Shown: positions 57,581-64,000 of the stretch, one piece after another | Position numbering within the stretch: position 1 is the first letter of the stretch | How the letters are laid out: the number at the start of each line of letters is the position of its first letter | Made by a program: the position numbers and the translations under genes | Source of the DNA: Ascoidea asiatica JCM 7603 | Lineage: Eukaryota; Fungi; Ascomycota | Length of the DNA: 64,000 nucleotides | Reading direction: 5' to 3' | NCBI GenBank assembly: GCA_001600695.1 | Contig: BCKQ01000002.1 | Location: forward strand, 1,776,201-1,840,200 | The notes under the pieces: generated by a model | What the model was told of the DNA's origin: nothing | Database searches by the model: none | What the model saw: the letters and a program-made list of their open reading frames with translations, nothing else

Positions 57581-58316
57581 TTATTTTTTACCTTTACCTT
57601 TCTTTTTCTTATTTTTCTTTTTCTTTGAATTTTCAGGTTTTGTAGAAGTATCAGGTTCATTATTAGATTTAGAAGTTTCATTAATATTTGAAGGAGTTGG
57701 AACTGAAGAAGCTTGAATTAAAGAATTTAAATCAAATTCAACATTTGACATCACACTTGCTATACCTCTTTTATGAATAGTCTTGGTTTCGATAGTTTTA
57801 ATTTTAGGTACATCTTTATTATTAATAACATTATTATTTGTTGTATTTGGTAAATCATTTTGAATAATAAATTCTTTTGAAATTTGTATACCTCTTGGAC
57901 CTAAAGCAGTTAAAATTCTTGATAATTCTTTTGATTTATGAGTTTCAATTTTATAACAATTTCCAGAATTTGAGTCAAATACTTTAAAAGATACAAAAGA
58001 AGTTGGAGAATTTTTTAAATTTGATTGTGTTGAAGTTTCTGGTTTTACTATTTTTCCAATATTTTTCTCATTACTTTTATTTTTATTTTTATTTTTATTA
58101 TTAATTTTATCCTGACGCTTTACAAGCGAACCATATACCATTGATACATTAGTCTTTTGATTATTTTCAAAATAATCATTTAAAATTGTTAGAACTTTAT
58201 AATTGGCAAAAAAAAAAAATGTAAAGAAACTAAAAACTACTTACAGTGGATGGATGAACTTCAAGAAGCTCCAAGGACTTTTCCACAAACAAATCTACCG
58301 ATTTCAACAAAGGCAT
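57581..58316 (-). CDS. SRP21: SRP9/Srp21 subunit of the signal recognition particle; exons 58316-58245 and 58153-57581
   Basis: Spliced N-terminus MPLLKSVDLFVEKSLELLEVHPST/TNVSMVY; VSFKVFDSNSGNCYK…KELSRIL…LGP; Lys-rich tail. Confidence 0.82.
58154..58244 (-). other. Spliceosomal intron of SRP21 (91 nt)
   Basis: GTAAGT donor, TTCTAAC branch (58194-58188), AAG acceptor; in-frame join. Confidence 0.8.
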
Positions 58317-58595
58317 CGGTTATAGTGATAAATTACTGGAAGGGAAAGCAAATAATTTTAAGAAATCTGTAAATAAAATTTCATTAACTTCATCATCTTT
58401 ATCTTTTTTTCATGATGCTTCTGGCCTTCTTTTCCATCTTCCTCTGTCAGTCTGGCAACAGTCTTTCAGTTTCTTTGTCCTTTCTTAGATTTCTTCATTA
58501 CAAATATCACGTGACATCCACTAAAATCTAAAAAGATTTTTTTTTTTTTGTTACACTGCTCATTTAACCAAAAAATAGAAAGTTATCAATGATAT

Positions 58596-58667
58596 GGGCC
58601 AGTAGTGTAGTGGTTATCATATTTGCCTTCCAAGCAGATGACATGGGTTCGATTCCCGTCTGGCTCA
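58596..58667 (+). tRNA. tRNA-Gly(UCC)
   Basis: Acceptor stem GGGCCAG/CTGGCTC, D-loop AGTGGTT, anticodon arm TTTGC-CTTCCAA-GCAGA, T-arm ATGGG-TTCGATT-CCCGT. Confidence 0.93.
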
Positions 58668-58842
58668 TTATTTCATTCCTCATTAGAAATATTTTGATTA
58701 CCTGAGTTAATAGTTCATTTAAATATTTTTTTTTTGTTATTATTTCATTTCATAACTATGATATAATACAGTATATACTTTTACAGTTGTAATAATTATG
58801 AATGCTTTTATTAGTTTTGGTTGCTAAAAAGTGAATTAATGT

Positions 58843-59823
58843 CTAGGCTACTATATTATGAATTCTAGCTATCATTCCTGCAACCTGCAAATAAGTAGAT
58901 ACTCCTTCAAGAACTCTCATATGCGATACACCAATTTCTTTAATCATTTCAAGTCTAACAAATTCATCAATTTCTTTTAAACCCTTACTTACTTTGAAAC
59001 TAGTTGTTATAATATCAATTGCAGAATATCCTTTATCCCATAATTCTTTCAAATATCCTAAACTATCATCAATTCCAGTTTCTGTTTCTTTTTTATTTAC
59101 GCAACATAAAAGCATCTTTCTTATTATTAGTGGATGTGGACTATCGACAATTTTGAATACATTATCTCCATTTACAAATTTAAATCCACTAACTGTACTT
59201 TGTAAATTATTAATTGCTTGTCTCATATCACCTTCTGCTGTGAAAATCAATGCTTCTAATCCATCTTTTGAATATTCAATTTTTTCAAATTCTATAATTT
59301 CCATTAACCTTTGAAGAACTTCTTCATCTGATAATCTTGAATATCTTAAAATTGCACATCTTGATTGTAATGGTTCGATAATTTTGTTTGAATGATTACA
59401 TGCAAATGCAAATCTTGTTGTATTTGAATATATTTCCATTGTTCTTCTTAATGCTTGTTGAGCACCGGGTGTCATAGAATCCGCTTCATCCAATATTATA
59501 ATCTTATGTCTACCTTTAGGTAATTGAACTTTTTTTTGTGCAAATTGTTTTATTTTATTTCTAACAATTTCAATACCTCTATCATCTGATGCATTTAATT
59601 CTAATACTGCTGCTCCATATGAGTCTTTTAATAATTCATTTGCTAAACAATGAATTGAGGTTGTTTTACCAATACCTGGCAATCCTGATATAATTAAATG
59701 TGGCATATTTCCATCTTGTCCAATTAATTTCAATCTTTCAATGGTTTCTTTATTGCCAACAATATCTTTAAGAACTTTGGGTCTATATTTTTCCACCCAG
59801 GGAAGTTCCAATTGTAATGACAT
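58843..59823 (-). CDS. RFC4: Replication factor C subunit 4
   Basis: ATG at 59823 ([15 protein letters not shown]); [29 protein letters not shown]. Confidence 0.95.
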   Translation of the reverse strand: MSLQLELPWVEKYRPKVLKDIVGNKETIERLKLIGQDGNMPHLIISGLPGIGKTTSIHCLANELLKDSYGAAVLELNASDDRGIEIVRNKIKQFAQKKVQLPKGRHKIIILDEADSMTPGAQQALRRTMEIYSNTTRFAFACNHSNKIIEPLQSRCAILRYSRLSDEEVLQRLMEIIEFEKIEYSKDGLEALIFTAEGDMRQAINNLQSTVSGFKFVNGDNVFKIVDSPHPLIIRKMLLCCVNKKETETGIDDSLGYLKELWDKGYSAIDIITTSFKVSKGLKEIDEFVRLEMIKEIGVSHMRVLEGVSTYLQVAGMIARIHNIVA

Positions 59824-59982
59824 TTCTAAAATATGAATTTTTCTATTTATATATATAAGTACGTAACTATCTTTCAATTATAAAATTCAGTTAAATTATG
59901 TAATTATGTAATTTCGGAATTTAATCTCAGCATTAAATATTTCCAATATTCAAATTTCAATAGAAACTTCAAATAAATCTTT

Positions 59983-59988
59983 ACGCGT
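59983..59988. promoter_or_regulatory. MCB element ACGCGT upstream of RFC4
   Basis: Exact MluI box 160 bp upstream of a replication gene. Confidence 0.55.
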
Positions 59989-60230
59989 TGTGAAATAAAT
60001 TAATCTTTTTTTTTATAATTTGGTGTAGCAAACTTTAATTTCCGCCTGAAAAAACCACATGGATAATTATTCTTCGGATTTCCAAATTCCGGTTCTGTAT
60101 TTTAAACAATATTAAATTTTTCTAGTGCTATCAACTTAAAGGTAAACTCGAAAATGAAATTAAACTATTCAGAAAGAATTATATAAAATTGAAGAATTAA
60201 ATCTTAATAAAACTATCAATTTAGTTCAAA

Positions 60231-62009
60231 ATGAATAACTATAATAGGAACCAATATCAACAACATAATAATAATAATAATAATATTCATAATCAAAATC
60301 AAAATCATAATCAAAATCAAAATCAATATCAATATCAAAATCAAAATCAGAACCAAAATCTGAATCAAAATCCTTATCAAAATCAAAATTCCTATCAGAA
60401 TCAAAATAGGGATCAAAATCAGAATCAAAATCAAAATAGAGATCAAAATCAAAATCAGGGAAATGATTCTAATGCCAATAAATCTACAAATAGAAGAATT
60501 GTAGATCATGGTAATCCATATATGAAATGGATAATTCAAAGAAATTTAGGTTACGATTATTCTGATATAACTGGAAGAATACGGCCAGAAGCTTCTTATT
60601 TAATTGATTTATTGCCTCCTATTGTATATAAAGATAGTTTATCATCTGCTTATGATTTACAAACAAAATTTGTTCATTTATCTGCAAATAAAGCAAAACA
60701 TGCTATACATACTGTAAAATGGACTCCAGAAGGAAGAAGGGTTTTAGTTGCTTCCTATTCAGGTGAATTTACTCTTTGGAATGGTATGACGTTTAATTTT
60801 GAAACTATCATGCAAGCTCATGATTGTTCTATTTTTTCTTTATGTTATTCTCATGATGAGAATTGGTTATTAAGTGGTGATCAAGAAGGTAAAATAAAAT
60901 TCTGGCAACCTAATTTCAATAATGTTAATATTTTAGATTCACATACAGATGCTGTTAGAGATATTGCATTTTCACCAAATGATTCTAAATTTGTTTCTTG
61001 TTCTGATGATCGTTTTTTAAAAATTTGGGATTTTAGTAAAACAACTCTCGAAAGAACTTTAAAAGGTCATAATTGGGATGTCAAATGTTGTGATTGGCAT
61101 CCAAATTTAGGCTTAATAGTAAGTGGTTCAAAAGATAATTCATTGAGATTATGGGATCCAAGACAATCAAGCTGTATATTTACAAATGTTGGTTTTAAAC
61201 ATAATGTATCAAAAACAAAATTTCAACCTAATGGAACTCAAAATCTTATAGCAAGTGTTTCAAAGGATAAAAGTTGTAGGATTTTTGATCTTAGAATGAT
61301 GAGAGATATGCTAGTAATAAAAAGTCATGAAGCTGAATTAAGTTGTGTAGCTTGGCATCCAATTCATAGTTCTATGATTACAACAGGCGGTTATGATGGA
61401 TCAATGAATCATTATTTTTTAGATATGGTTCAACCTGAAAAAGACTCGAATGGATTGAATAGTTTAAGAAATAATAAATCTCTTTTTGGATCTGAAGTTC
61501 AAAAAAATTTACAACCAATTCATTCAATCCCATATGCTCACGAAAAAGCTATAAATTGTTTGGAATATCATCCTTTAGGGCATTTACTTTGTTCGGCTGG
61601 TGCTGATCGTTCTGCTAGATTTTGGTGTCGTTCAAGACCAAATGATCCATCTGCATTTTTGGAACCACCTTATACTAATGATAAACCAGGTGCATGGTAT
61701 TATGGAATAAACAATAATGTAAATGCTGTTCAAGAGCCTACACCAGCTATGCTCAAATTCAAATCTGCTTTAACTAATGAACCAGAAGAAGGCTTAAATG
61801 TCAATAGTAATTCAACTACATTGCCTGGCATTGATTCTAAAACTGATGAGCCATTCATGCTACCAGGTTTAGGAATCTCCAATAAGCGTAATAATATTAT
61901 ATTTGATGAACTTAATGAGTTGATGCCAGGAGATGGTGCTATTTCACTACCTGGTTTAGGAATGAATAAATCTAATGAAAATAGAAATCAGCATTCTGGA
62001 GAAAGTTAA
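60231..62009 (+). CDS. PFS2: Polyadenylation factor Pfs2/WDR33 (WD40) with Q/N-rich N-terminus
   Basis: [39 protein letters not shown] and ARFWCRSRP motifs. Confidence 0.93.
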   Translation: MNNYNRNQYQQHNNNNNNIHNQNQNHNQNQNQYQYQNQNQNQNLNQNPYQNQNSYQNQNRDQNQNQNQNRDQNQNQGNDSNANKSTNRRIVDHGNPYMKWIIQRNLGYDYSDITGRIRPEASYLIDLLPPIVYKDSLSSAYDLQTKFVHLSANKAKHAIHTVKWTPEGRRVLVASYSGEFTLWNGMTFNFETIMQAHDCSIFSLCYSHDENWLLSGDQEGKIKFWQPNFNNVNILDSHTDAVRDIAFSPNDSKFVSCSDDRFLKIWDFSKTTLERTLKGHNWDVKCCDWHPNLGLIVSGSKDNSLRLWDPRQSSCIFTNVGFKHNVSKTKFQPNGTQNLIASVSKDKSCRIFDLRMMRDMLVIKSHEAELSCVAWHPIHSSMITTGGYDGSMNHYFLDMVQPEKDSNGLNSLRNNKSLFGSEVQKNLQPIHSIPYAHEKAINCLEYHPLGHLLCSAGADRSARFWCRSRPNDPSAFLEPPYTNDKPGAWYYGINNNVNAVQEPTPAMLKFKSALTNEPEEGLNVNSNSTTLPGIDSKTDEPFMLPGLGISNKRNNIIFDELNELMPGDGAISLPGLGMNKSNENRNQHSGES

Positions 62010-62108
62010 AAAATTTTTTGTAAACAGTTTCATTAAATACGTTAACTATTTGATCAAAGTTATTATGTACTATAGAAATAAACTTTTAATTATTATAAAC
62101 GTTTGAAA

Positions 62109-63266
62109 TCAAAACATTACTCTCTGTATTCCTTCAATTTTCCATTCTTGTTTTGAATTTGAATATTTACAGCCTAGCAATTTATTATTTGTAATTGGAC
62201 ATCTTCCACCAGTATGTTTATCTTTGTTTTCAGTCAAATATTTTAATATACAAGGGTAACAGAATACATAACCTGTTTCTATAATTGCTGGATTTGAAAT
62301 TTCTTGATCACAAATTGGACAGTTTCTATAATCAATTCTTTGTCCTTTGGTAGGAGGGCATGGTATACCTGCAATTATAGAAGATTGAGTTTTATATATT
62401 TTTGAAACAAAATCTGATTGTTGCCACCATTCTAAAAATTTCAAAAGAAAAATTGATGATGGCAATATTGAATTCATAAATTCTTGAGATGAATACTTTA
62501 TGGGATTATAAAACTTTTCGAAAAATTGTCTTACAACTTCACTGAATGTTAACGGACGAATTCTTGGAATTGATTGATTATGATCAGAGGCTTTTATACC
62601 AGATAGATTACTGTTAGCAACTTCATTAAATCTATAGTCAATTTGATTTAATCTAGAATAATCTATATGTAAAAGAAAAGTGGATAAAGATGGAGTTTTA
62701 ATTTTCCCAGCAATATAGAATATTTGAAAAAAAACATCTAGCGCAGTGAAAAAAGAATTTAAAATTGGATAAATTTTTATGAACAACCTTTGATTTCTTG
62801 TAACTTGATTTATATCAATTAATGATTTTGAATAATATTTTTCGTATTGAATGTCTAATTTTTCTTTAAAGTAAGGAACCAAAACTAAAGAAATTAAAGA
62901 ACCTAGAATTTGCTTTTTGTTTAATCTTTTTGTTTTATGAACTTTTAAAGAGTTAAATGAATTAATGTTACTTAATTTTAATCCATTAGAGGAAATTCTT
63001 TTTAAACCATAGAATTTCTCAATGAAGCTGGCATTCCAAGATTTAAGATTGGTATATTCAATTAATGAACGTAAAATAAGATTAATTTCATCAAAGTTTG
63101 TTGCTAATCGAAGAAAATATTTAGGATATTTTTGAGCATAATGAACAATTATGAATCTAACTGAAGGAGATAATAAATTTTCTAATTCTTTTGCAGAAAT
63201 AATTTCAAACAATGTTGGGGTTTCAGAATTGAGTGACCGGGCATTTAATGATGAATAAAAATCCAT
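62109..63266 (-). CDS. PEX12: Peroxin 12 (RING)
   Basis: PTLFEIIS, SFIEKFYGLKR, FLLKFLEWW, CPIC…TGYVFCYPCI…GRCPIT. Confidence 0.93.
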   Translation of the reverse strand: MDFYSSLNARSLNSETPTLFEIISAKELENLLSPSVRFIIVHYAQKYPKYFLRLATNFDEINLILRSLIEYTNLKSWNASFIEKFYGLKRISSNGLKLSNINSFNSLKVHKTKRLNKKQILGSLISLVLVPYFKEKLDIQYEKYYSKSLIDINQVTRNQRLFIKIYPILNSFFTALDVFFQIFYIAGKIKTPSLSTFLLHIDYSRLNQIDYRFNEVANSNLSGIKASDHNQSIPRIRPLTFSEVVRQFFEKFYNPIKYSSQEFMNSILPSSIFLLKFLEWWQQSDFVSKIYKTQSSIIAGIPCPPTKGQRIDYRNCPICDQEISNPAIIETGYVFCYPCILKYLTENKDKHTGGRCPITNNKLLGCKYSNSKQEWKIEGIQRVMF

Positions 63267-63419
63267 GAGAGTAAATTATCTTTGAAGTATTTTAGTAAAT
63301 ATAAATCTTGCTGAACAACTTTGCTTAATGAAGATTATGATTTCAATTGAAGTTTAATGCTTTTTCTGGTTAAAACCGTTTTATCATGGAGACACTTTTT
63401 AGATAATTATTGATAATAG

Positions 63420-63980
63420 AGATCACGTGCAATGTTTCGCAGTGGATTTCCACCGCATTTTTGCTAAATATTTACAAAATCAAACTCATTAAGTATTTCA
63501 AGGTACGGTGTACATAATTCCACAGTAAACAAATAGAGTCGGAAGTTTTCGCAAGTTCCCGAGCTTCCAGGAATTTAGATGTTTCTCGGGTTTTGAGTTT
63601 TCGGGAAGGTTGAACCGGCAACCACGCCATATTCCAGTAAATGAGTTTAATCGCCGCTCCCTCCGTTTCAAGGATACCCGTATTGGCCCTAAAAGCCATA
63701 CCTTGCACGGACTCAGCCACAACACAAAAAAAATTTTAAGCTTCCGTAATTTACAACGGTGCAGCAGCAGCAGCGCAGTTTGCGAACTTTGAAGACCTCG
63801 CAAACTTTACCTGAACCAATAATACCTGCCTTTGTAATACGCGTTTTCCAGTTTTCTGTTAAAATTGTTTTCATTTATTTTACTTTTTCTTTTTATGCTT
63901 TTTCAGGCAATTATTATTTCCTCATTTTTGTTTCTTTTAAGTTTAATTTGAATATGTTTCAACTATGACACGTGACTTAT
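63420..63980. promoter_or_regulatory. GC-rich promoter island flanked by two CACGTG boxes, with a (GCA)n tract
   Basis: TCACGTG at 63423 and CACGTGA at 63969; ACGCGT near 63838; probably shared with a gene beyond the window. Confidence 0.45.
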
Positions 63981-64000
63981 TATTTTTATATTAAATGTTG

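Noticed and set aside
60216-60539. 107-aa Ile/Leu-rich 'membrane protein' on the minus strand
   Set aside because: It is the antisense reading of the PFS2 (CAAAAT)n repeat.

Overview
Gene-dense, very AT-rich nuclear DNA from a budding yeast (Saccharomycotina). Evidence: GTATGT/GTAAGT...(T/A)CTAAC...AG introns and yeast-type orthologues. Asn-rich proteins and very rare CTG codons suggest an Ascoidea-like lineage, but that is inference. About 24 protein genes are present: PRP2 (5' end off-window), an LRR/BC-box protein, ARP3, CCT5, a divergent TOR, PXP2, MLH1, FAF1, a 2OG-Fe(II) dioxygenase-like gene, APT1, GUS1, TYW3, PDX1, LEU2, a GPI wall protein, MDJ1, UNC-93-like MFS, TPO2/3, MGM1, SAF1, CSN6-like, SRP21, RFC4, PFS2 and PEX12. 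There is also one tRNA-Gly(UCC). CCT5, MLH1 and SRP21 have first exons and introns that the ORF track missed. The most interesting non-annotated signals: (1) a ~375-nt structured minus-strand RNA between TYW3 and PDX1 with a telomerase-template-like 21-mer and an H-box/hairpin/ACA 3' end; (2) a decayed pogo/Fot1-type transposase after TOR; (3) a probable non-LTR endonuclease relic; (4) a TOR whose FRB domain lacks two rapamycin-contact aromatics; (5) an LRRC58-like Elongin-C adaptor; (6) a 3-kb ORF-free gap between the convergent PDX1 and LEU2 genes. All alignments and RNA folds were done by eye.
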